A stretch of DNA of 64,000 bases from the human T2T-CHM13v2.0 reference genome, Homo sapiens, in assembly GCF_009914755.1 (NCBI RefSeq), contig NC_060943.1; one strand, written 5' to 3'. Position 1 is the stretch's first letter. Every line of letters starts with the position of its first letter. The notes below the pieces were generated by a model. That model did no database searches, had not been told where the DNA came from, and saw only the letters and a program-made list of their open reading frames with translations. Positions 25,501 through 37,760 of the stretch are shown one piece after another. A program made the position numbers and the translations under genes.

Positions 25501-28500
25501 CAGCTCACACAGTTGAATGATCCTTTACACAGAGCAGACTTGAAACACTCTTTTTGTGGAATTTGCAAGTGGAGATTTCAGCCGCTTTGAGGTCAATGGT
25601 AGAATAGGAAATAACTTCCTATAGAAACTAGACAGAATGATTCTCAGAAACTCCTTTGTGATGTGTGCGTTCAACTCACAGAGTTTAACCTTTCTTTTCA
25701 TAGAGCAGTTAGGAAACACTCTGTTTGTAAAGTCTGCAAGTGGATATTCAGACATCTTTGAGGCTTTCGTTGGAAACGGGATTTATTCATATTCTGCTAG
25801 ACAGAAGAATTCTCAGAAACTTCGTTGTGTTGTGTGTTTTCAACTCACAGAGTTCAACGATACTTTACACAGAGTAGATTTGAAACACTCTTTTTGTGGA
25901 ATTGGCAGGGTGGAGATTTCAGCCGCTTTGAGGTCAATGGTAGAAAAGGAAATATCTTCGTATAAAAACTAGACAGAGTGATTCTCAGAAACTCCTTTGG
26001 GATGTCTGCGTTCAACTCACAGAGTTTAACCTTTCTTTTCATAGAGCAGTTAGGAAACACTCTGTTTGTAAAGTCTGCAAGTGGATATTCAGACCTCCTT
26101 GAGGCCTTCGTTGGAAACGGGATTTCTTCATATTCTGCTATACAGAAGAATTCTCAGAAACTTCCTTGTGTTGGGTGTATTCAACTCACAGAGTTGAACG
26201 ATCCTTTACACAGAGCAGACTTGAAACACTCTTTTTGTGGAATTTGCAAGTGGAGATTTCAGCCGCTTTGAGGTCAATGGTAGAAAAGGAAATATCTTCG
26301 TATAAAAACTAGACAGAGTGATTCTCAGAAACTCCTTTGTGATGTGTGCGTTCAACTCACAGAGTTTAACCTTTCTTTTCATAGAGCAGTTAGGAAACAC
26401 TCTGTTTGTAAAGTCTGCAAGTGGATATTCAGACCTCCTTGAGGCCTTCGTTGGAAACGGGATTTCTACATATTATGCTAGACAGAAGAATTCTCAGTAA
26501 CTTCCTTGTGTTGTGTGTATTCAACTCACAGAGTTGAACGATCCTTTACACAGAGCAGACTTGAAACACTCTTTTTGTGGAATTTGCAAGTGGAGATTTC
26601 AGCCGCTTTGAGGTCAATGGTAGAATAGGAAATATCTTCCTATAGAAACTAGACAGAATGATTCTCAGAAACTCCTTTGTGATGTGTGCGTTCTACTCAC
26701 AGAGTTTCACCTTTCTTTTCATAGAGCAGTTAGGAAACACTCTGTTTGTAAAGTCTGCAAGTGGATATTCAGACATCTTTGAGACTTTCGTTGGAAACGG
26801 GATTTCATCATATTCTACTAGACAGAAGAATTCCCAGAAACTTCGTTGTGTTGTGTGATTTCAACTCACAGAGTTCAACGATCCTTTACACAGAGTAGAC
26901 TTGAAACACTCTTTTTGTGGAATTGGCAGGGTGGAGATTTCAGCCGCTTTGAGGTCAATGGTAGAAAAGGAAATATCTTCGTATAAAAACTAGACAGAGT
27001 GATTCTCAGAAACTCCTTTGTGATGTGTGCGTTCAACTCACAGAGTTTAACCTTTCTTTTCATAGAGCAGTTAGGAAACACTCTGTTTGTAAAGTCTGCA
27101 ACTGGATATTCAGACATCCTTGAGGCTTTCGTTGGAAACGGGATTTCTTCATATTCTGCTAGAAAGAAGAATAATCAGTAACTTCCCTGTGTTGTGTGTA
27201 TTCAACTCACAGAGTTGAACGATCCTTTACAGAGAGCAGACTTGAAACACTCTTTTTGTGGAATTTGCAAGTGGAGATTTCAGCCGCTTTGAGGTCAATG
27301 GTAGAATAGGAAATATCTTCCTATAGAAACTAGACAGAATGATTCTCAGAAACTCCTTTGTGATGTGTGCTTTCAACTCACAGAGTTTAACCTTTCTTTT
27401 CATAGAGCAGTTAGGAAACACTCTGTTTGTAAAGTCTGCAAGTGGATATTCAGACCTCCTTGAGGCCTTCGTTGGAAACGGGATTTCGACATATTATGCT
27501 AGACAGAAGAATTCTCAGTAACTTCCTTGTGTTGTGTGTATTCAACTCACAGGGTTGAACGATCCTTTACACAGAGCAGACTTGAAACACTCTTTTTGTG
27601 GAATTTGCAAGTGGAGATTTCAGCCGATTTGAGGTCAATGGTAGAATAGGAAATATCTTCCTATAGAAACTAGACAGAATGATTCTGAGAAACTCCTTTG
27701 TGAAGTGTGCATTCAACTCACAGAGTTTAACCTTTCTTTTCATAGAGCAGTTAGGAAACACTCTGCTTGTAAAGTCTGCAAGTGGATACTCAGACCTCCT
27801 TGAGGCCTTCGTTGGAAACGGGATTTCTTCCTATTATGCTAGACAGAAGAATTCTCAGTAACTTCCTTGTGTTGTGTGTATTCAGCTCACACAGTTGAAT
27901 GATCCTTTACACAGAGCAGACTTGAAACACTCTTTTTGTGGAATTTGCAAGTGGAGATTTCAGCCGCTTTGAGGTCAATGGTAGAATAGGAAATAACTTC
28001 CTATAGAAACTAGACAGAATGATTCTCAGAAACTCCTTTGTGATGTGTGCGTTCAACTCACAGAGTTTAACCTTTCTTTTCATAGAGCAGTTAGGAAACA
28101 CTCTGTTTGTAAAGTCTGCAAGTGGATATTCAGACATCTTTGAGGCTTTCGTTGGAAACGGGATTTATTCATATTCTGCTAGACAGAAGAATTCTCAGAA
28201 ACTTCGTTGTGTTGTGTGTTTTCAACTCACAGAGTTCAACGATACTTTACACAGAGTAGATTTGAAACACTCTTTTTGTGGAATTGGCAGGGTGGAGATT
28301 TCAGCCGCTTTGAGGTCAATGGTAGAAAAGGAAATATCTTCGTATAAAAACTAGACAGAGTGATTCTCAGAAACTCCTTTGGGATGTCTGCGTTCAACTC
28401 ACAGAGTTTAACCTTTCTTTTCATAGAGCAGTTAGGAAACACTCTGTTTGTAAAGTCTGCAAGTGGATATTCAGACCTCCTTGAGGCCTTCGTTGGAAAC

Positions 28501-31500
28501 GGGATTTCTTCATATTCTGCTATACAGAAGAATTCTCAGAAACTTCCTTGTGTTGGGTGTATTCAACTCACAGAGTTGAACGATCCTTTACACAGAGCAG
28601 ACTTGAAACACTCTTTTTGTGGAATTTGCAAGTGGAGATTTCAGCCGCTTTGAGGTCAATGGTAGAAAAGGAAATATCTTCGTATAAAAACTAGACAGAG
28701 TGATTCTCAGAAACTCCTTTGTGATGTGTGCGTTCAACTCACAGAGTTTAACCTTTCTTTTCATAGAGCAGTTAGGAAACACTCTGTTTGTAAAGTCTGC
28801 AAGTGGATATTCAGACCTCCTTGAGGCCTTCGTTGGAAACGGGATTTCTACATATTATGCTAGACAGAAGAATTCTCAGTAACTTCCTTGTGTTGTGTGT
28901 ATTCAACTCACAGAGTTGAACGATCCTTTACACAGAGCAGACTTGAAACACTCTTTTTGTGGAATTTGCAAGTGGAGATTTCAGCCTCTTTGAGGTCAAT
29001 GGTAGAATAGGAAATATCTTCCTATAGAAACTAGACAGAATGATTCTGAGAAACTCCTTTGTGATGTGTGCATTCAACTCACAGAGTTTAACCTTTCTTT
29101 TCATAGAGCAGTTAGGAAACACTCTGCTTGTAAAGTCTGCAAGTGGATACTCAGACCTCCTTGAGGCCTTCGTTGGAAACGGGATTTCTTCCTATTATGC
29201 TAGACAGAAGAATTCTCAGTAACTTCCTTGTGTTGTGTGTATTCAACTCACAGAGTTGAATGATCCTTTACACAGAGCAGACTTGAAACACTCTTTTTGT
29301 GGAATTTGCAAGTGGAGATTTCAGCCGCTTTGAGGTCAATGGTAGAATAGGAAATAACTTCCTATAGAAAATAGACAGAATGATTCTCAGAAACTCCTTT
29401 ATGATGTGTGCGTTCAACTCACAGAGTTTAACCTTTCTTTTCATAGAGCAGTTAGGAAACACTCTGTTTGTAAAGTCTGCAAGTGGATATTCAGACATCT
29501 TTGAGGCTTTCGTTGGAAACGGGATTTCTACATATTCTGCTAGACAGAAGAATTCTCAGAAACTTCGTTGTGTTGTGTGTTTTCAACTCACAGAGTTCAA
29601 CGATACTTTACACAGAGTAGATTTGAAACACTCTTTTTGTGGAATTGGCAGGGTGGAGATTTCAGCCGCTTTGAGGTCAATGGTAGAAAAGGAAATATCT
29701 TCGTATAAAAACTAGACAGAGTGATTCTCAGAAACTCCTTTGGGATGTCTGCGTTCAACTCACAGAGTTTAACCTTTCTTTTCATAGAGCAGTTAGGAAA
29801 CACTCTGTTTGTAAAGTCTGCAAGTGGATATTCAGACCTCCTTGAGGCCTTCGTTGGAAACGGGATTTCTTCATATTCTGCTATACAGAAGAATTCTCAG
29901 AAACTTCCTTGTGTTGTGTGTATTCAACTCACAGAGTTGAACGATCGTTTACACACAGCGGACTTGAGACACTCTTTTTGTGGAATTTGTAAGTGGAGAT
30001 TTCAGCCGCTTTGAGGTCAATGGTAGAAAAGGAAATATCTTCATATAAAAACTAGACAGAATGATTCTCAGAAACTCCTTTGTGATGTGTGCGTTCAACT
30101 CACAGAGTTTAACCTTTCTTTTCATAGAGCAGTTAGGAAACACTCTGTTTGTAAAGTCTGCAAGTGGATATTCAGACCTCTTTGAGGCCTTCGTTGGAAA
30201 CGGGATTTCTTCATATTATGCTAGACAGAAGAATTCTCAGTAACTTCCTTGTGTTGTGTGTATTCAACTCACAGAGTTGAACGATCCTTTACACAGAGCA
30301 GACTTGAAACACTCTTTTTGTGGAATTTGCAAGTGGAGATTTCAGCCGCTTTGAGGTCAATGGTAGAAAAGGAAATATCTTCGTATAAAAACTAGACAGA
30401 ATGATTCTCAGAAACTCCTTTGTGATGTGTGCGTTCAACTCACAGAGTTTAACCTTTCTTTTCATAGAGCAGTTAGGAAACACTCTGTTTGTAAAGTCTG
30501 CAAGTGGATATTCAGACCTCCTTGAGGCCTTCGTTGGAAACGGGATTTCTTCATATTATGCTAGACACAAGAATTCTCAGTAACTTCCTTGTGTTGTGTG
30601 TATTCAACTCACAGAGTTGAACGATCCTTTACACAGAGCAGACTTGAAACACTCTTTTTGTGGAATTTGCAAGTGGAGATTTCAGCCGCTTTGAGTTCAA
30701 TGGTAGAATAGGAAATATCTTCCTATAGAAACTAGACAGAATGATTCTCAGAAACTCCTTTGTGATGTGTGCGTTCAACTCACAGAGTTTAACCTTTCTT
30801 TTCATAGAGCAGTTAGGAAACACTCTGTTTGTAAAGTCTGCAAGTGGATATTCAGACATCTTTGAGGCTTTCGTTGGAAACGGGATTTCTTCATATTCTG
30901 CTAGACAGAAGAATTCTCAGTAACTTCCTTGTGTTGTGTGTATTCAACTCACAGAGTTGAACGATCCTTTACACAGAGCAGACTTGAAACACTCTTTTTG
31001 TGGAATTTCCAAGTGGAGATTTCAGCCGCTTTGAGGTCAATGGTAGAATAGGAAATATCTTCCTATAGAAACTAGACAGAATGATTCTCAGAAACTCCTT
31101 TGTGATGTGTGCGTTCAACTCACAGAGTTTAACCTTTCTTTTCATAGAGCAGTTAGGAAACACTCTGTTTGTAAAGTCTGCAAGTGGATATTCAGACATC
31201 CTTCACGCTTTCGTTGGAAACGGGATTTCTTCATATTCTGCTAGAAAGAAGAATTCTCAGTAACTTCCTTGTGTTGTGTGTATTCAACTCACAGAGTTGA
31301 ATGATCCTTTACACAGAACAGTCTTGAAACACTCTTTTTGTGGAATTTGCAAGTGGAGATTTCAGCCGCTTTGATGTCAATGGTAGAATAGGAAATATCT
31401 TCCTATAGAAACTAGACAGAATGATTCTCAGAAACTCCTTTGTGATGTGTGCGTTCAACTCACAGAGATCAACCTTTCTTTTCATAGAGCAGTTAGGAAA

Positions 31501-34500
31501 CACTCTGTTTGTAAAGTCTGCAAGTGGATATTCAGACATCTTTGAGGCTTTCGTTGGAAACGTGATTTCTTCATATTCTGCTAGACAGAAGAATTCTCAG
31601 AAACTTCGTTGTGTTGTGTGTTTTCAACTCACAGAGTTCAACGATCCTTTACACAGAGTAGACTTGAAACACTCTTTTTGTGGAATTGGCAGGGTGGAGA
31701 TTTCAGCCGCTTTGAGGTCAATGGTAGAAAAGGAAATATCTTCGTATAAAAACTAGACAGAGTGATTCTCAGAAACTCCTTTGTGATGTCTGCGTTTAAC
31801 TCACAGAGTTTAACCTTTCTTTTCATAGAGCAGTTAGGAAACACTCTGTTTGTAAAGTCTGCAAGTGGATATTCAGACCTCCTTGAGGCCTTCGTTGGAA
31901 ACGGGATTTCTTCATATTATGCTAGACACAAGAATTCTCAGTAACTTCCTTGTGTTGTGTGTATTCAACTCACAGAGTTGAACGATCCTTTACACAGAGC
32001 AGACTTGAAACACTCTTTTTGTGGAATTTGCAAGTGGAGATTTCAGCCGCTTTGAGGTCAATGGTAGAATAGGAAATATCTTCCTATAGAAACTAGACAG
32101 AATGATTCTCAGAAACTCCTTTGTGATGTGTGCGTTCAACTCACAGAGTTTAACCTTTCTTTTCATAGAGCAGTTAGGAAACACTCTGTTTGTAAAGTCT
32201 GCAAGTGGATATTCAGACATCTTTGAGGCTTTCGTTGGAAACGGGATTTCTTCATATTCTGCTAGACAGAAGAATTCTCAGTAACTTCCTTCTGTTGTGT
32301 GTATTCAACTCACAGAGTTGAACGATCCTTTACACAGAGCAGACTTGAAACACTCTTTTTGTGGAATTTGCAAGTGGAGATTTCAGCCGCTTTGAGGTCA
32401 ATGGTAGAATAGGAAATATCTTCCTATAGAAACTAGACAGAATGATTCTCAGAAACTCCTTTGTGATGTGTGCGTTCAACTCACAGAGTTTAACCTTTCT
32501 TTTCATAGAGCAGTTAGGAAACACTCTGTTTGTAAAGTCTGCAAGTGGATATTCAGACATCCTTGAGGCTTTCGTTGGAAACGGGATTTCTTCATATTCT
32601 GCTAGAAAGAAGAATTCTCAGTAACTTCCTTGTGTTGTGTGTATTCAACTCACAGAGTTGAATGATCCTTTACACAGAACAGTCTTGAAACACTCTTTTT
32701 GTGGAATTTGCTAGTGGAGATTTCAGCCGCTTTGATGTCAATGGTAGAATAGGAAATATCTTCCTATAGAAACTAGACAGAATGATTCTCAGAAACTCCT
32801 TTGTGATGTGTGCGTTCAACTCACAGAGTTTAACCTTTCTTTTCATAGAGCAGTTAGGAAACACTCTGTTTGTAAAGTCTGCAAGTGGATATTCAGACAT
32901 CTTTGAGGCTTTCGTTGGAAACGGGATTTCTTCATATTCTGCAAGACAGAAGAATTCTCAGAAACTTCGTTGTGTTGTGTGTTTTCAACTCACAGAGTTC
33001 AACGATCCTTTACACAGAGTAGACTTGAAACACTCTTTTTGTGGAATTGGCAGGGTGGAGATTTCAGCCGCTTTGAGGTCAATGGTAGAAAAGGAAATAT
33101 CTTCGTATAAAAACTAGACAGAGTGATTCTCAGAAACTCCTTTGTGATGTCTGCGTTTAACTCACAGAGTTTAACCTTTCTTTTCATAGAGCAGTTAGGA
33201 AACACTCTGTTTGTAAAGTCTGCAAGTGGATATTCAGACCTCCTTGAGGCCTTCGTTGGAAACGGGATTTCTTCATATTATGCTAGACAGAAGAATTCTC
33301 AGTAACTTCCTTGTGTTGTGTGTATTCAACTCACAGAGTTGAACGATCCTTTACACAGAGCAGACTTGAAACACTCTTTTTGTGGAATTTGCAAGTGGAG
33401 ATTTCAGCCGCTTTGAGGTCAATGGTAGAATAGGAAATATCTTCCTATAGAAACTAGACAGAATGATTCTCAGAAACTCCTTTGTGATGTGTGCGTTCAA
33501 CTCACAGAGTTTAACCTTTCTTTTCATAGAGCAGTTAGGAAACACTCTGTTTGTAAAGTCTGCAAGTGGATACTCAGACCTCCTTGAGGCCTTCGTTGGA
33601 AACGGGATTTCTTCATATTATGCTAGACAGAAGAATTCTCAGTAACTTCCTTGTGTTGTGTGTATTCAACTCACAGAGTTGAACGATCCTTTACACAGAG
33701 CAGACTTGAAACACTCTTTTTGTGGAATTTGCAAGTGGAGATTTCAGCCGCTTTGAGTTCAATGGTAGAATAGGAAATATCTTCCTATAGAAACTAGACA
33801 GAATGATTCTCAGAAACTCCTTTGTGATGTGTGCGTTCAACTCACAGAGTTCAACCTTTCTTTTCATAGAGCAGTTGGGAAAAACTCTCTTTGTAAAGTC
33901 TGCAAGTGGATATTCAGACTTCTTTGAGGCCTTCGTTGGAAGCGGGGTTTCTTCATATTCTCCTAGACAGAAGAATTCTCAGTAACTTCCTTGTGTTGTG
34001 TGTATTCAACTCACAGAGTTGAACGATCCTTTACACAGAGCAGACTTGAAACACTCTTTTTGTGGAATTTGCAAGTGGAGATTTCAGCCGCTTTGAGGTC
34101 AATGGTAGAATAGGAAATATCTTCCTATAGAAACTAGACAGAATGATTCTCAGAAACTCCTTTGTGATGTGTGCGTTCAACTCACAGAGTTTAACCTTTC
34201 TTTTCATAGAGCAGTTAGGAAACACTCTGTTTGTAAAGTCTGCAAGTGGATACTCAGACCTCCTTGAGGCCTTCGTTGGAAACGGGATTTCTTCATATTA
34301 TGCTAGACAGAAGAATTCTCAGAAACTTCCTTGTGTTGTGTGTATTCAACTCACAGAGTTGAACGATCCTTTACACAGAGCAGACTTGAAACACTCTTTT
34401 TGTGGAATTTGCAAGTGGAGATTTCAGCCGCTTTGAGTTCAATGGTAGAATAGGAAATATCTTCCTATAGAAACTAGACAGAATGATTCTCAGAAACTCC

Positions 34501-37500
34501 TTTGTGATGTGTGCGTTCAACTCACAGAGTTCAACCTTTCTTTTCATAGAGCAGTTGGGAAAAACTCTCTTTGTAAAGTCTGCAAGTGGATATTCAGACT
34601 TCTTTGAGGCCTTCGTTGGAAGCGGGGTTTCTTCATATTCTCCTAGACAGAAGAATTCTCAGTAACTTCCTTGTGTTGTGTGTATTCAACTCACAGAGTT
34701 GAACGATCCTTTACACAGAGCAGACTTGAAACACTCTTTTTGTGGAATTTGCAAGTGGAGATTTCAGCCGCTTTGAGGTCAATGGTAGAATAGGAAATAT
34801 CTTCCTATAGAAACTAGACAGAATGATTCTCAGAAACTCCTTTGTGATGTGTGCGTTCAACTCACAGAGTTTAACCTTTCTTTTCATAGAGCAGTTAGGA
34901 AACACTCTGTTTGTAAAGTCTGCAAGTGGATATTCAGACATCCTTGAGGCTTTCGTTGGAAACGGGATTTCTTCATATTCTGCTAGAAAGAAGAATTCTC
35001 AGTAACTTCCTTGTGTTGTGTGTATTCAACTCACAGAGTTGAACGATCCTTTACACAGAGCAGACTTGAAACACTCTTTTTGTGGAATTTGCAAGTGGAG
35101 ATATCAGCCGATTTGAGGTCAATGGTAGAATAGGAAATATCTTCCTATAGAAACTAGACAGAATGATTCTCAGAAACTCCTTTGTGATGTGTGCGTTCAA
35201 CTCACAGAGTTTAACCTTTCTTTTCATAGAGCAGTTAGGAAACACTCTGTTTGTAAAGTCTGCAAGTGGATATTCAGACATCTTTGAGGCTTTCGTTGGA
35301 AACGGGATTTCTTCATATTCTGCTAGACAGAAGAATTCTCAGTAACTTCCTTCTGTTGTGTGTATTCAACTCACAGAGTTGAACGATCCTTTACACAGAG
35401 CAGACTTGAAACACTCTTTTTGTGGAATTTGCAAGTGGAGATTTCAGCCGCTTTGAGGTCAATGGTAGAATAGGAAATATCTTCCTATAGAAACTAGACA
35501 GAATGATTCTCAGAAACTCCTTTGTGATGTGTGCGTTCAACTCACAGAGTTTAACCTTTCTTTTCATAGAGCAGTTAGGAAACACTCTGTTTGTAAAGTC
35601 TGCAAGTGGATATTCAGACATCCTTGAGGCTTTCGTTGGAAACGGGATTTCTTCATATTCTGCTAGAAAGAAGAATTCTCAGTAACTTCCTTGTGTTGTG
35701 TGTATTCAACTCACAGAGTTGAATGATCCTTTACACAGAACAGTCTTGAAACACTCTTTTTGTGGAATTTGCTAGTGGAGATTTCAGCCGCTTTGATGTC
35801 AATGGTAGAATAGGAAATATCTTCCTATAGAAACTAGACAGAATGATTCTCAGAAACTCCTTTGTGATGTGTGTGTTCAACTCACAGAGTTTAACCTTTC
35901 TTTTCATAGAGCAGTTAGGAAACACTCTGTTTGTAAAGTCTGCAAGTGGATATTCAGACATCCTTGAGGCTTTCGTTGGAAACGGGATTTCTTCATATTC
36001 TGCTAGAAAGAAGAATTCTCAGTAACTTCCTTGTGTTGTGTGTATTCAACTCACAGAGTTGAACGATCCTTTACACAGAGCAGACTTGAAACACTCTTTT
36101 TGTGGAATTTGCAAGTGGAGATATCAGCCGCTTTGAGGTCAATGGTAGAATAGGAAATATCTTCCTATAGAAACTAGACAGAATGATTCTCAGAAACTCC
36201 TTTGTGATGTGTGCGTTCAACTCACAGAGTTTAACCTTTCTTTTCATAGAGCAGTTAGGAAACACTCTGTTTGTAAAGTCTGCATGTGGATATTCAGACA
36301 TCTTTGAGGCTTTCGTTGGAAACGGGATTTCTTCATATTCTGCTAGACAGAAGAATTCTCAGTAACTTCCTTCTGTTGTGTGTATTCAACTCACAGAGTT
36401 GAACGATCCTTTACACAGAGCAGACTTGAAACACTCTTTTTGTGGAATTTGCAAGTGGAGATTTCAGCCGCTTTGAGGTCAATGGTAGAAAAGGAAATAT
36501 CTTCGTATAAAAACTAGACAGAGTGATTCTCAGAAACTCCTTTGGGATGTCTGCGTTCAACTCACAGAGTTTAACCTTTCTTTTCATAGAGCAGTTAGGA
36601 AACACTCTGTTTGTAAAGTCTGCAAGTGGATATTCAGACCTCCTTGAGGCCTTCGTTGGAAACGGGATTTCTTCATATTCTGCTATACAGAAGAATTCTC
36701 AGAAACTTCCTTGTGTTGTGTGTATTCAACTCACAGAGTTGAACGATCGTTTACACACAGCAGACTTGAGACACTCTTTTTGTGGAATTTGTAAGTGGAG
36801 ATTTCAGCCGCTTTGAGGTCAATGGTAGAAAAGGAAATATCTTCATATAAAAACTAGACAGAATGATTCTCAGAAACTCCTTTGTGATGTGTGCGTTCAA
36901 CTCACAGAGTTTAACCTTTCTTTTCATAGAGCAGTTAGGAAACACTCTGTTTGTATAGTCTGCAAGTGGATATTCAGACCTCTTTGAGGCCTTCGTTGGA
37001 AACGGGATTTCTTCATATTATGCTAGACAGAAGAATTCTCAGTAACTTCCTTGTGTTGTGTGTATTCAACTCACAGAGTTGAACGATCCTTTACACAGAG
37101 CAGACTTGAAACACTCTTTTTGTGGAATTTGCAAGTGGAGATTTCAGCCGCTTTGAGGTCAATGGTAGAAAAGGAAATATCTTCGTATAAAAACTAGACA
37201 GAATGATTCTCAGAAACTCCTTTGTGATGTGTGCGTTCAACTCACAGAGTTTAACCTTTCTTTTCATAGAGCAGTTAGGAAACACTCTGTTTGTAAAGTC
37301 TGCAAGTGGATATTCAGACCTCCTTGAGGCCTTCGTTGGAAACGGGATTTCTTCATATTATGCTAGACACAAGAATTCTCAGTAACTTCCTTGTGTTGTG
37401 TGTATTCAACTCACAGAGTTGAACGATCCTTTACACAGAGCAGACTTGAAACACTCTTTTTGTGGAATTTGCAAGTGGAGATTTCAGCCGCTTTGAGGTC

Positions 37501-37760
37501 AATGGTAGAATAGGAAATATCTTCCTATAGAAACTAGACAGAATGATTCTGAGAAACTCCTTTGTGATGTGTGCGTTCAACTCACAGAGTTTAACCTTTC
37601 TTTTCATAGAGCAGTTAGGAAACACTCTGTTTGTAAAGTGTGCAAGTGGATATTCAGACCTCCTTGAGGCCTTCGTTGGAAACGGGATTTCTTCATATTA
37701 TGCTAGACAGAAGAATTCTCAGTAACTTCCTTGTGTTGTGTGTATTCAACTCACAGAGTT
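17690..37760 (+). repeat. Macro-repeat copy 2: 59 dimers, 20,071 bp (52 dimers plus internal 7-dimer duplication)
   Basis: Offset to copy 1 is 17,689 before ~26.6 kb and 20,071 afterwards (9309/29380, 11010/31081, 13732/33803, 16452/36523). Confidence 0.9.
24200..28960 (+). repeat. Near-perfect tandem duplication of 2,382 bp (7 dimers)
   Basis: Identical variant series at +2,382 (24276/26658, 24617/26999, 25297/27679, 25978/28360), including the private GTGTGCTTTCAAC variant in both copies. Confidence 0.92.
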
